Assembly: GCA_963666055.2 (NCBI GenBank)
Contig: CAXWPH010000015.1
Span: 2,080,001 to 2,144,000 of the forward strand
DNA: 64,000 nt
Source: Acidobacteriota bacterium
GTDB taxonomy: Bacteria; Acidobacteriota; UBA890; WLXD01
Direction of reading: 5' to 3'
Shown here: positions 30,172 to 39,723 of the stretch, piece by piece
Layout of the letters: every line of letters starts with the position of its first letter
How positions within the stretch are numbered: the stretch's first letter is position 1
Translations under genes and position numbers: made by a program
The notes under the pieces: model-generated
The model's input: the letters and a program-made list of their open reading frames with translations, nothing else
Databases searched by the model: none
What the model was told of the DNA's origin: nothing

Positions 30172-32880
30172 ATGGAACCCGGTAGCAAGCTAGGCCACTA
30201 CGAGATCACCGAGCAGCTCGGTGCTGGCGGTATGGGAGAGGTGTACCTGGCGCAGGACACGCGCCTGGGCCGCAAGGTGGCCATCAAGGTGCTGCCCGCC
30301 GAGTTTGCCTCTGACCCCGAGCGCCTCGCCCGCTTCGAGCAGGAGGCTCGTGCCGCCGCCGCCCTGAACCATCCGCACATCGCGGTCGTTCACGATATCG
30401 GCACCGAAGGCGACACCCACTTCATGGTGCAGGAGTACCTGGAGGGAGACACGCTTCGGGAGCCGCTGGGCAAGGGTGCTCTGCCGCTCAAGAAGGCGCT
30501 CGGGTTGGCCACCGAGATCGCCGAGGCGCTGGCCGCAGCCCACGCCGCCGGGATCATCCACAGGGATCTGAAGCCGGAGAACATCTTCGTCACCAAGGAG
30601 GGGCACGCCAAGGTGCTGGACTTCGGCCTGGCGAAGCTGACCGAGGTGGCGGTGACGGGATCGCCCGACGATTTCACGCATTCACCCACAGCGATGGGCA
30701 CTGCCGCCGGCCAGATGATGGGCACTGCCGGCTATATGGCCCCGGAGCAAGTGGAGGGCTCCCCAGAGATCGACCATCGGGCCGATCTGTTCGCCTTCGG
30801 CTGCGTGCTGTACGAGATGGTCGCGGGAACGCGACCCTTCGGTGGCAGGAACGTCGCCGAGGTCCTCCATCATCTGCTCAACAGCGAGCCCGAGCCGGTG
30901 AGCGACACGCTACCACTGAAGCTGCAATGGAGCCTCGACAAGTGCCTGGCGAAGGAGCCCGCTCGGCGCTACCAGCATGCCGATGATGTGGTGGTGGACC
31001 TGAAGGCGTTGGCCGGTGAGGTGGAGTCGAGTGCGCCACTGCCGGTCAGCGGAGAGGCACCGACAACCCCTGTCGCCGTGGAAACGGCTCGCGGCATCCC
31101 CTGGAAGCCGACAGCCTCGATAGCCGTGGCCAGCGTCCTTGTGGGGGCTTTGGGAGTTTGGATCACGACCCCGTCGCCGCCAGAGCCGCTCATCACGCGC
31201 TTCGACATCGACTATCCACCAGAGACTACTTTCGATGCCGCTTCCACCCTGGGCGTTGCGATCTCACCCGATGGCAGCTCGGTGGTATTCAACGCCAACC
31301 GGCAGCTTTGGCTCCGAGCGATTGACGACCTCGTAGCCACACTCATCCGTGGCACCGAGGATGCCAGAGTGCCGTTCTTTTCCCCCGATGGCCAGCAGCT
31401 CGGTTTCTGGTCGGGCAGCCTGTCAGATGCCGACGGGCAGATGAAGAGAGTTTCGATCACCGGTGGTGCGCCAGTGTTGCTGGGGCCAGCGCCTGTGCGT
31501 CCTTACGGGGCGAGTTGGGCAGAGGACGGCTACATCTACTTCGGGCAGGGTGCCGGAGGGATCTTGCGTGTCTCAGACAACGGCGGTGAACCACAGGTCG
31601 TCGTTCAGATGGAAGAAGGCGAGCAGGCCCACGGGCCACAACTTCTTCCCGGTGGCGAGTGGTTGCTGTTTACGCTGCGGAGCGCTTCCGGCTCCTGGAA
31701 CGATGCGAGCATTGTTGCGCAGCCGGTGTCCGGCGGCGATCGCGAGGTGCTGGTGGCCGGAGGGACCGATGGCCGCTACGTGCCCACCGGCCACATCGTC
31801 TATTCCCTCGAACGGAACCTTTTTGCGGTGCCCTTCGATGCAGACAACGTCGAGGTTACCGGGGGATCGGTGTCCATCGTCGAGGGGGTCCAACAAGCCG
31901 GTCTCACGGGAGCAGCCCAGTACGCCTTCTCGGATCGCGGTGGGTTGGTGTACATGCCGGATGCTACTAGCGGTGGTTTCCAACTCGTCTGGGTGGATCG
32001 TGACGGCCAAGTCGAGCTGCCGCCCTTCGAGCCGCGTTCGTTTTTCTACTTGGACCTGTCGCCGGATGGGCAGCACATCGCGCTCGACATCCTTGGAGAT
32101 GATGGAAAGTGGGACATCTGGATCTACGAGGTCGAACGAGGAGGCAGCGGGGTGCTGCTGACCACGGAGGGCAACAACGACACCCCTGTTTGGTCGCCCG
32201 ATGGAGAGTGGGTTTTCTTCGCGTCGGATCGGAATGGCAATTTCGACATCTGGAAGCGCCGGGCTGACTGGAGTCTCGCCGCCGAGCTGGTGTTGGATGC
32301 AGAGGCTAACGTGTGGCCGGAGTCGATCTCGGACGACGGTGAGATGCTTCTGTTTGACAGCGGGCTCCTCGGGGAGCCCCTCGACGTGGGGGTCCTGGCT
32401 CTCGATACAGGTGATGCGGAAATGCTCGTCGCTACCGCCGTCAATGAGCTATCGGGCAGTTTCTCGCCGGACGGTCGCTTCTTCGCCTTTGCTTCGAATG
32501 AGACCGGGCAAATGGAGGTGTACGTGCGGGAGGTATCGAGCGGGCGGACATTTTCGGTCTCAACCAGTACCCGTGGTGGTGCTTCCCCTCGCTGGTCGCG
32601 GGATGGAAGGGAGATTTACTACGTCTCCTCCAACAGCTCAGGCATCCTCGTTGCGGAAGTGGATTTGGAGTCGTTTTCCGCATCCGACCCTGTCGAAGTC
32701 TCGGACATCGTCCTCCGTAGCGAGGGCAACTTCGATGTCACCGCCGATGGCCAGAAGTTCCTGGTGACGGTGCCCGCTGGTACTGATGAGACTGGGGGCA
32801 CGGCACCCAACCCACGACTCAATGTCGTCCTCAACTGGTTCGAGGAATTGAACCGGCTAGTGCCGACGGGCGGCTCCTGA
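30172..32880 (+). CDS. Ser/Thr protein kinase with TM segment and PD40/TolB-like beta-propellers
   Basis: [26 protein letters not shown]; repeated [FW]SPDG; NWFEEL tail. Confidence 0.95.
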   Translation: MEPGSKLGHYEITEQLGAGGMGEVYLAQDTRLGRKVAIKVLPAEFASDPERLARFEQEARAAAALNHPHIAVVHDIGTEGDTHFMVQEYLEGDTLREPLGKGALPLKKALGLATEIAEALAAAHAAGIIHRDLKPENIFVTKEGHAKVLDFGLAKLTEVAVTGSPDDFTHSPTAMGTAAGQMMGTAGYMAPEQVEGSPEIDHRADLFAFGCVLYEMVAGTRPFGGRNVAEVLHHLLNSEPEPVSDTLPLKLQWSLDKCLAKEPARRYQHADDVVVDLKALAGEVESSAPLPVSGEAPTTPVAVETARGIPWKPTASIAVASVLVGALGVWITTPSPPEPLITRFDIDYPPETTFDAASTLGVAISPDGSSVVFNANRQLWLRAIDDLVATLIRGTEDARVPFFSPDGQQLGFWSGSLSDADGQMKRVSITGGAPVLLGPAPVRPYGASWAEDGYIYFGQGAGGILRVSDNGGEPQVVVQMEEGEQAHGPQLLPGGEWLLFTLRSASGSWNDASIVAQPVSGGDREVLVAGGTDGRYVPTGHIVYSLERNLFAVPFDADNVEVTGGSVSIVEGVQQAGLTGAAQYAFSDRGGLVYMPDATSGGFQLVWVDRDGQVELPPFEPRSFFYLDLSPDGQHIALDILGDDGKWDIWIYEVERGGSGVLLTTEGNNDTPVWSPDGEWVFFASDRNGNFDIWKRRADWSLAAELVLDAEANVWPESISDDGEMLLFDSGLLGEPLDVGVLALDTGDAEMLVATAVNELSGSFSPDGRFFAFASNETGQMEVYVREVSSGRTFSVSTSTRGGASPRWSRDGREIYYVSSNSSGILVAEVDLESFSASDPVEVSDIVLRSEGNFDVTADGQKFLVTVPAGTDETGGTAPNPRLNVVLNWFEELNRLVPTGGS

Positions 32881-33630
32881 TGGTCGGCAAGACGCTCGGC
32901 CACTACGAGATCCTCGCCCCGCTTGGTGAAGGCGGGATGGGGCAGGTGTACCGAGCACGCGACACGACGCTGGATCGTGATGTCGCCATCAAGGTGCTGC
33001 CGGAGGACTTCGCCAGTGATGCCAACCGGCTGGCTCGCTTCGAGCGCGAGGCCAAGCTCCTCGCCTCGCTGAACCACCCCAACATCGCCACCATTCATGG
33101 GTTCGATGAATCGGACGGTGTGCGCTTCATCGCCATGGAGTTGGTCGAGGGGCAGAGCCTCGCCGAGCGTATTGAAGCCTCCGGTCGCATAGATGTCGAT
33201 GAAGCACTGGAGATCGCCCGCCGGATCGCACTGGCGTTGGAAGCTGCGCACGAGGCTGGTGTCATCCACCGCGATCTCAAGCCCGCCAACGTGCAGGTCG
33301 CACCCGATGGCACCGTGAAGGTGCTCGACTTCGGTCTGGCTAAAGCCTACGCAGCGGATGGCAGCGAACCGTCGTCCGACTTGAGCCATTCGCCCACGAT
33401 GATGGCCGCCACAGGCACGGGCGTGATCATGGGGACGGCTCCCTACATGTGCCCGGAACAGGCGCGGGGACAGCCAGTCGATAAACGTAGCGACATCTGG
33501 TCGTTCGGATGTGTGCTGTACGAGATGCTGGTGGGTAAGAGAGCGTTCGACGGTAAGACCGTCAGCGACACCATGGCGGCGATTCTCAAGGAGGAGCCGG
33601 ATTGGGCATCGCTTCCGGCGGCCACCCCGC
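32880..33630 (+). pseudogene. Truncated Ser/Thr kinase (kinase domain only), reading into repeat module A
   Basis: HRDLKPAN, DFG, DIWSFG; homology stops at EPDWASLPAATP, exactly where module A starts. Confidence 0.85.
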
Positions 33631-33713
33631 TCTCCTGCCCGTCTCACCAGTGCATGGACGAACGCGACCCCTACGTGCGCCTGCTACGCGAACTCACGCC
33701 TGATCCGGTAGAG
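33625..33713 (+). repeat. Repeat module A copy 2
   Basis: Near-identical to 29990-30078. Confidence 0.9.
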
Positions 33714-33810
33714 CGTGCGCTGGTGCAGATCGAAGCCGATACGGCGCTAGCGGAAGTGCGACTCGCGGCTCTCGCGTGTCGGCGTGGCGAGTGTGCGACG
33801 ATTAGGAGTT

Positions 33811-34134
33811 GTGGGGAGGTGGGAGCTTGTGAGAGATGCGAAGGCAGCGGCGATAATGCGGCTGGCTGCCGACCGAATCATCTACAACCAGAAGCAGCAC
33901 CAAGGCCGCGTTTACCGCTGGACGATCTGCGAGAATTGTGGCCGGCTCTGGCACACGCTCGACACCGTCCGCAACGTCATCAAGCGGAATGGCTGCTCAC
34001 GTTGTCTGTGCCCCGCCTTGCCCAGGCTGCCGCCTAAGAAGATTCGCCCTCGTACCCCCGGGATGCCGGCCGGCAGACAATCTGACGCCGGAGAGACGCT
34101 CCCTCCCGTGGACCCTCGCGTGCCCCAGCGATAG
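33811..34134 (+). CDS. Small CxxC-CxxC Zn-finger protein (module C copy 1)
   Basis: WTICENCGRLW...GCSRCL; AGGAG before GTG; paralog at 36586. Confidence 0.6.
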   Translation: MGRWELVRDAKAAAIMRLAADRIIYNQKQHQGRVYRWTICENCGRLWHTLDTVRNVIKRNGCSRCLCPALPRLPPKKIRPRTPGMPAGRQSDAGETLPPVDPRVPQR

Positions 34135-34145
34135 GCTTCATGCGC

Positions 34146-34412
34146 TCACCCACCCGCCAGCGGTGTCCAGGCTCGGCAGATCCGTTGTCGGCTCTTACCG
34201 TATGAGTAGGCGGACAGGAAGAAGTCTGAGCTGTTCACGGCCTCATCTCTCATGCGACGGTACTCGGTGTCGTCGTTGGCTGCGTGCCGTCCAGCCAGTA
34301 GCCGCCATTTGAACAACTCGTCGGCCAGTCGATCTACCACGACGCCCAGGAGATACGTGGCGACGAGACCCGGCGCGATGAGCCACACCGGCGGGCTGAG
34401 CATCGGCAACAT
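34146..34412 (-). pseudogene. Fragment of a membrane protein
   Basis: Hydrophobic helices and YLLGVVVDRLAD; ends on running into module B. Confidence 0.4.
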
Positions 34413-34496
34413 GGGCGGAAAGAGGGCTACGACGATGGCAACGACAAGCCCACCCGCTCCAGGCGAGTCAGCACGGCATTGGCGCTGAACGCTGCT

Positions 34497-34700
34497 CTAT
34501 GGATCGGCGCGCATGCGGCTCTGACGGCGCCGCCACCGACGTCGCGCCGTCGCTTGCTTCGCACGCCGGCGCTCGCCCGGCTTTACGAAGTGCTGGTGGC
34601 GCCTGGCATCGCGGAGAATGTTCTCTCGCTGCACGACACGACGAAACCGCCGCAGGGCGTGTTCGATCGATTCGCCGTCCTCGATGCGGACGAAAGCCAT
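34497..34700 (-). CDS. rpsU: 30S ribosomal protein bS21
   Basis: MAFVRIEDGESIEHALRRFRRVVQRENILRDARRHQHFVKPGERRRAK matches the bS21 pattern; 67 aa. Confidence 0.85.
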   Translation of the reverse strand: MAFVRIEDGESIEHALRRFRRVVQRENILRDARRHQHFVKPGERRRAKQATARRRWRRRQSRMRADP

Positions 34701-35006
34701 GGAATGGCTGCTCATGTTGTCTGTGCCCCGCCGCGCCTGCTCGACGACAAGCGGAGGGGGCAACGGAAACCAGCTCGGGGTGGGCTGCATCCTCGAGCAT
34801 GCGAGGCCCCTCAGCACGAGACGTGCCATCGACGCTGCTCTTCGCGGGCCCGGCAGCGAATCGGCTACTGCCCAGCCCAACAGCGGCGGTACTTGCTCCT
34901 CACGCTCGTCCCGCGCCGAGAGGCAACCACATCCTAGACCCCGGCACCCAACCGGGGTAGTGCCTAGCGAACTGCGCCCTTCTTCGTGCCAACCGTCGGC
35001 TCGAGC

Positions 35007-35105
35007 CAGACCAAGCTCGGGCACCGCACGCCGGCCTCGCTGCTGGCCTACCTGGGGATCACGCGAGAAGACGTGCGGAAGGCCAGCGAGCAGATCGAAC
35101 TCTGA
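35007..35105 (+). pseudogene. C-terminal remnant of a tyrosine recombinase (second copy 39725-39802)
   Basis: Manual translation QTKLGHRTPASLLAYLGITREDVRKASEQIEL*: LGH-x8-Y catalytic spacing. Confidence 0.65.
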
Positions 35106-35628
35106 GCATCCTCGTCACGGCCCTCCCCGGGGCTCTTTGGATTTGCCCTACGTGTCGGGCTCGATGACGACACGCGCACCAGCAATTCCGGCCAAGGTGA
35201 TCAGGTGCTCCAGCGTGGGTGCCCGATTGCCTCTACACCACCCGTGCAGCGACGCCGTGGACCTGATGCCGTAGTGGCTCATGTCCTTCCTAAACGCCGT
35301 GTAGCTCCTCCCATTCTTCAATGCCATAGCCAGGTGCCGAGCGTCTTCTGCACTTTCAAGGACCAGCGGCTCAGTCAGCTTGCCTAGTCCGCCGGGGCGC
35401 GTCGTCTCGTGCATCGGTATGACGTTCCAGGGAGTAAGAAGGAACACCCACTGATTGTTACACGAGTAGCATTACACAGCTACCGCTAGCCCATGAGGAA
35501 GATTCGGTCGGGCCTGCGTTCAGCGAGCGGGAAACAGCGCCGTGCTGCGGGAGATCGGGGCGTGCCTGAGCAGAGAGATACTGGCGATCTTGTCGCAGGA
35601 ACTGCGGGATCAGGAGTGACGTGTGTGG
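35027..35628 (+). repeat. ~600-bp direct repeat module E copy 1 (copy 2 at 39724-40322)
   Basis: Colinear high similarity including identical stretches such as GCCAGCGAGCAGATCGAACTCTGAGCATCCTCGTCACGGCCCTCCCCGGGGCTCTTTGG. Confidence 0.95.
35148..35414 (-). CDS. XRE-like HTH protein (copy 1)
   Basis: SLHGWCRGNRAPTLEHLITLA is an XRE-type C-terminal motif; conserved in copy 2. Confidence 0.65.
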   Translation of the reverse strand: MHETTRPGGLGKLTEPLVLESAEDARHLAMALKNGRSYTAFRKDMSHYGIRSTASLHGWCRGNRAPTLEHLITLAGIAGARVVIEPDT

Positions 35629-35728
35629 GTGGCTACCGAGACCTCTCCACCATCGGGTCCCATCTAATGCCCCCCCCCCCCCCCCCCCCCCCGGGGGTAT
35701 GGGTCGCCAGGGAATCGTCGCACTCGTG

Positions 35729-35803
35729 GCCGTCTCACCAAGGCATGGACGAACGGGACCCCTTCGACCGCCAGCTACGCGACCTTACGCCTGAGCCGAT
35801 AGA
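35729..35803 (+). repeat. Repeat module A copy 3
   Basis: Encodes MDERDPFDRQLRDLTPEPIE. Confidence 0.85.
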
Positions 35804-35809
35804 GGGGTC

Positions 35810-36402
35810 TTATCCGTCGCCCGTTCCCGGCCCGCTCGATTGCTCGGCTCCATTGCCAGTTTCCGCGCCCCCGCCATCGCTCGAGGCATCCGGCTCCGGC
35901 GGTGCTTCATCTTCGTCCTCCAACGGAATCGGAGCCTCGCTATCCGGGGGCTCGATGTCAGCGGAATCGGAACTCCCATCGGCACGTTGTCCTGTGCCCA
36001 TCCAGGCGTAGACAGCGCCCAGGATTGCGCCGTAGACCAGATGACCCATGAGGCTGGGCATCATGCTGCCGGCGGCCTCTAGGTTCCAGTTGACACCCAT
36101 GCCCATCCCCATGAACAAGGGCATGAGCGTGAGCGGGCCCAACAACCACCAGATCACGCCGTAGCCGAGCCCATACCCCAAGCCGCTTCCCATCCCGCTC
36201 ACCATCGAGCCCAAGACGATGCCAAACGCGGCTCCGATGATGGCACTGTTAACCATGTGGACGAGAAAGCCTGCGAAAGCCGATGGAGACTCAACCATGC
36301 TGCCGATCATTGGCAGCATCCCCATCATTCCCATCATGGCTCCGAACACCACGCCCCGGCCAGGCCGCCGTAGATGCCCTTCTTGATGTTGTCCGCGTTC
36401 AT
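35810..36402 (-). CDS. Met/Gly-rich membrane protein, frameshifted near 36355
   Basis: GGAGG + ATG at 36402 gives MNADNIKKGIYGGLAG, joining VVFGAMMGMMGM after adding one G; ...LVH.....IG..FG and GHLVYG motifs. Confidence 0.7.
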
Positions 36403-36585
36403 CCGAAGCACCTCCCTTGGATGGTTAATTAACAGCCGGCGGATTCCGTCGCCCGTGAGAGTGATCCAAAGACCCCCACGCGAACTTATGAAGTTTGCCT
36501 GCCCTCTGTCAACGGAACGGCTATCGCCAAGCGTATGCGGCGTCCTTCCCGACCAGCGTGGCGGGGTGTGCGACGATTAGGGGTT

Positions 36586-36825
36586 ATGGGTGAGCGGTGG
36601 CAGCTTACGAGGGATCCGAGGGCAGCGGCGATAATGCGCCTGGCTGACGACCGGATCGTCTACAAGCAGAACCAGCACCCAGCCCGCGACTACGTGTGGA
36701 CGATCTGCGACGCCTGTGGTCGGCTCTGGTACACGCTCGAGATCGTCCGCACCATCATCAAGCGCGATGGCTGCTCACGTTGTCTGTACCCTGGCGGTCG
36801 CAAGCGCGATCAGACTGCCGCCTAA
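36586..36825 (+). CDS. Small CxxC-CxxC Zn-finger protein (module C copy 2)
   Basis: WTICDACGRLW...GCSRCL. Confidence 0.6.
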   Translation: MGERWQLTRDPRAAAIMRLADDRIVYKQNQHPARDYVWTICDACGRLWYTLEIVRTIIKRDGCSRCLYPGGRKRDQTAA

Positions 36826-37311
36826 GATCCCGTAGGGCCTCGGTCCTCAGCACACCGCGTGCGTGCGAAACCCCTCAACGCGAGACGAGCGGTTCCTCAC
36901 CATCGGGTCCCATCTGTACTCCCCCACCGGGGGTGCGTCGCGTACGTTGCTTCGCGAAGCGACAGCAGGGGAGCGAGCCGATCTGCTGCTGCATTGACGC
37001 ATCTCGGCTCAGGTAGAAGTGAACAGAATATAGGGGTGCGGCGCAGGGGCTTGGGCAAGTCCGTGTCGGGGTCGCCCCCAACGACTTTAGCGTCAGATTT
37101 CGATCTTCTCGCTGGCCTTTCTCACGTCCTGGGTGCGTGGTATCTGCTGTAGACACGGATGGCGATTCCTTCACTTACGGCAGGGCCGAGCAGCTTGTCT
37201 TCATGTCGTGGCGACGATTCCTTCTACCTTCCGGTGGCGCTCATGCAGGCACACCGAAATGACCCCCACCACCTACCGAGCCCGATGAGAGGCGAGCCCT
37301 AGAAGGGCCCG

Positions 37312-37752
37312 CTACGTGAGTCGCTCGGGGTCAGGAGACAGGCTCATGGGCCGCGCCTCCACGACCATGAGTAGGGTCTCAAACTCTACAGCCACGACGA
37401 AGCTGCGTGCTCCTTCTCCGGTCCGCAACACCCTTCCCTTCAGCGTCTGTCGCGGGATCTCCAGCGTCCGGAGGGTGTACCCGCACTGCGGGCACTTGCT
37501 GTCGGGGTCCAGAGGAAGAGGATGTCTCTCTTCGAGGATCTGCACGACACAACGAGTCCCTTCGGCCAGCCTCTCGTTGATCTGCGCCAGCATGCCACCA
37601 CGGCTCACGTTGACCATGTGACCGTGCAGCGGTGCCCGACGGTTCATCCTGAGCTCGATCGGGATGGAGACGTCGGCTCGCGGATGCTCGCGACGAGTAG
37701 AATTACTCCAACCGCTAATGTGCATGGGCGTGCCCGTTCCTTTTCCCACCAT
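37312..37752 (-). CDS. PilZ-domain protein
   Basis: RREHPR (RxxxR) and NVSRGG (D/NxSxxG) c-di-GMP motifs, VAVEF strand. Confidence 0.75.
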   Translation of the reverse strand: MVGKGTGTPMHISGWSNSTRREHPRADVSIPIELRMNRRAPLHGHMVNVSRGGMLAQINERLAEGTRCVVQILEERHPLPLDPDSKCPQCGYTLRTLEIPRQTLKGRVLRTGEGARSFVVAVEFETLLMVVEARPMSLSPDPERLT

Positions 37753-38264
37753 GCTTCGCTGGTACTAATTGCTCAAGCGCGGGCTCAATGAGACTCAGCT
37801 TCTATGCTGTGAAACGTATCGAACACGTTGGATCAGTTCAACACATTGTTCATATGCCCAGCTAATCTGGATTGTTCAACATTAATCAATAGTAACTTCC
37901 AAGGGACGAATAGGGTCACGAAGGCCGTGCCCTTTCCCTCGGGCAGGCCCAAGGCGCATCAGATCGCCGGCCTACCCCCAAGGAGACGGCATGCCAGCCT
38001 CTCCGAGGCCATCATCCTGAGCGGCCGCACGCGGTTCTCGTAATCTCCTTGAGCTCCTCGATCTCGGGTGGCCCGGCTGCTCTCCCGTGGTGAGAGCCGA
38101 TCTATTCCGCTAGGCTGAGCAGCCTTGCGGAGCACCGCCGACGGTAGGCCGGATCAGTGATGACCGCAGACCCCTTCCCGGACCTGCGAGCGAAAGGGAG
38201 CAAGAACGAAACATGACTGCGGTCGCTTCGTAGTTGGCGACCGAAGGACTAGCGGGAGGTAGCA

Positions 38265-38498
38265 ATGGCACTCATTCAGTGTTGGGGTTGCGGGCATCAA
38301 GTGTCGGATAAGGAGAAGAGGTGCGCCGGTTGTGGGACCCCGATCGCCAAAGAGGAACCCATCGCGGCGCCCGTTGAGACCACCGCTGGGCCGCGCGACA
38401 CGGACAATGCGTCCGAGCAAAAAACCCCGCACGCTCTTTCCGCGAGACTCGCCAAGCGTCTAGCAGGGCTCCGCGCCAAGGCCCGCAAGAGCGAATGA
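38265..38498 (+). CDS. Zinc-ribbon protein
   Basis: GGGAGG RBS; MALIQCWGCGHQVSD....CAGCG. Confidence 0.75.
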   Translation: MALIQCWGCGHQVSDKEKRCAGCGTPIAKEEPIAAPVETTAGPRDTDNASEQKTPHALSARLAKRLAGLRAKARKSE

Positions 38499-38540
38499 CC
38501 CCGACCACCCACCGAGTCCCCGAGTGAGAGGCCGCCGCGC

Positions 38541-38870
38541 ATGAGCAAGCCGAGCTTCGTCGCTGGCGGGCACTACTCGGCCTACGTGGAGGTTCGTCAC
38601 CTCAAGCGGATGAACGACCTCGATGGCGCCAAGGAGCTTCTCCTGCGCCTGGTGGACGCCACAGAGGCCGAGGCCGCCGCCGAGGGCGAAGGCTGCGGGG
38701 TTGATCCGTGGTACTACGAGCAGCTTGCAATGATCTACCGGAAGAAGAAGCAGCCAGCCGATGAGCTCGCGATCCTCGAGCGGCACGAACGACAACCGAA
38801 GGCCCCTGGGACGGTTTCAGAGAGGCTGGCCAAGCGCCTGGCCGGCCTGCGACCCAAGGCGGACGAGTGA
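38541..38870 (+). CDS. Hypothetical helical (TPR-like) protein
   Basis: PWYYEQLAMIYRK...ELAILER. Confidence 0.6.
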   Translation: MSKPSFVAGGHYSAYVEVRHLKRMNDLDGAKELLLRLVDATEAEAAAEGEGCGVDPWYYEQLAMIYRKKKQPADELAILERHERQPKAPGTVSERLAKRLAGLRPKADE

Positions 38871-38940
38871 GAGGCCGTTCCGCCGCCACCCCGCGCCCTG
38901 TCGCCTACCCCCGCTGCCAGTTCGGCTCCTACCTCGGCGA

Positions 38941-39057
38941 GATCAGCGTTTCGTGATGTTCCCAGGCAGCAACGAGAGCCAGACCGGCAGCGGCCATGTG
39001 ACGCTGATCACCAACTGGTTCGACGAGCTGAAGCGGCTAGTGCCGACGGACCCGTAG
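38941..39057 (+). pseudogene. C-terminal remnant of a beta-propeller Ser/Thr kinase
   Basis: DQRFVM...TLITNWFDELKRLVPTDP* matches the tail of kinase 30172-32880 ([18 protein letters not shown]). Confidence 0.75.
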
Positions 39058-39423
39058 CGCCCTCAGCCGAGTCTCGCGAGCCACCCAGCGACCTCCGATT
39101 CCGCTCGTCCCCAATGCCCGAGCAGACACCAGTCATATGTCTTCTTAAGAGGCCGGAGAAGGCCCGCTAAGGGCCGCCGGCAGCCTCTACGTGTTCGGCC
39201 ACGAAATGTGCGCCGTGGGCGTTAGAAGGGCGCTGAGGGGGGCTGGGTCGTCCTTACTTCCAGGCTCCCTCGAACGGCGGCTGGGGAAACATGAGGTGCG
39301 CTGCCCTCCGGCGTTTGTTCGTCGAAAACTCGTTGTTTCCTCAGAACTTCTTCAGGACTCCTGGCCCTAGAGTTGGCACCCTCTGGGGGTTCTTTGGACG
39401 AGTCTGCAAAGGAGGTCAGAGGT

Positions 39424-39654
39424 ATGCAGAAGCGAGTGGCAACACTAGTCGCCGTGCTGATGCTCTTGGCGTTGGTGACGCTGATCGTGCCGACCACAGC
39501 AACAGCAGGACCGCCCCAAGTGATCATCGTGCAGCCGGGCGAGCCGATGCCGGAAATCTTGTTTACCGGCGGCGATGGTCAATCACCTCCGCCAATCATC
39601 CAAATCGTAGATGAAGACGGCAACATAGTCAGGCTCATCCAAATACGACCTTAG
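39424..39654 (+). CDS. Small secreted protein
   Basis: AAGGAGG RBS; signal peptide ending ATA. Confidence 0.6.
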   Translation: MQKRVATLVAVLMLLALVTLIVPTTATAGPPQVIIVQPGEPMPEILFTGGDGQSPPPIIQIVDEDGNIVRLIQIRP

Positions 39655-39723
39655 CTACGGAACCCTGAGCCTGGTGCCGGGAGGGAAGCTGTCTCCCCAC
39701 TGGCAGGAGCGATATCGCGATGA

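Noticed and set aside
37761-37773. Sigma54 promoter TGGTACTAATTGC
   Set aside because: GG-GC spacing is 8, not the required 10
37836-37851. LexA box of the GTTC-N7-GTTC type
   Set aside because: Spacer is 8 nt, not 7
27927-39098. 14-bp CCAGCGACCTCCGA near 27927 and 39085 as attL/attR
   Set aside because: Does not enclose the integrase and is short enough to be chance or another minor module
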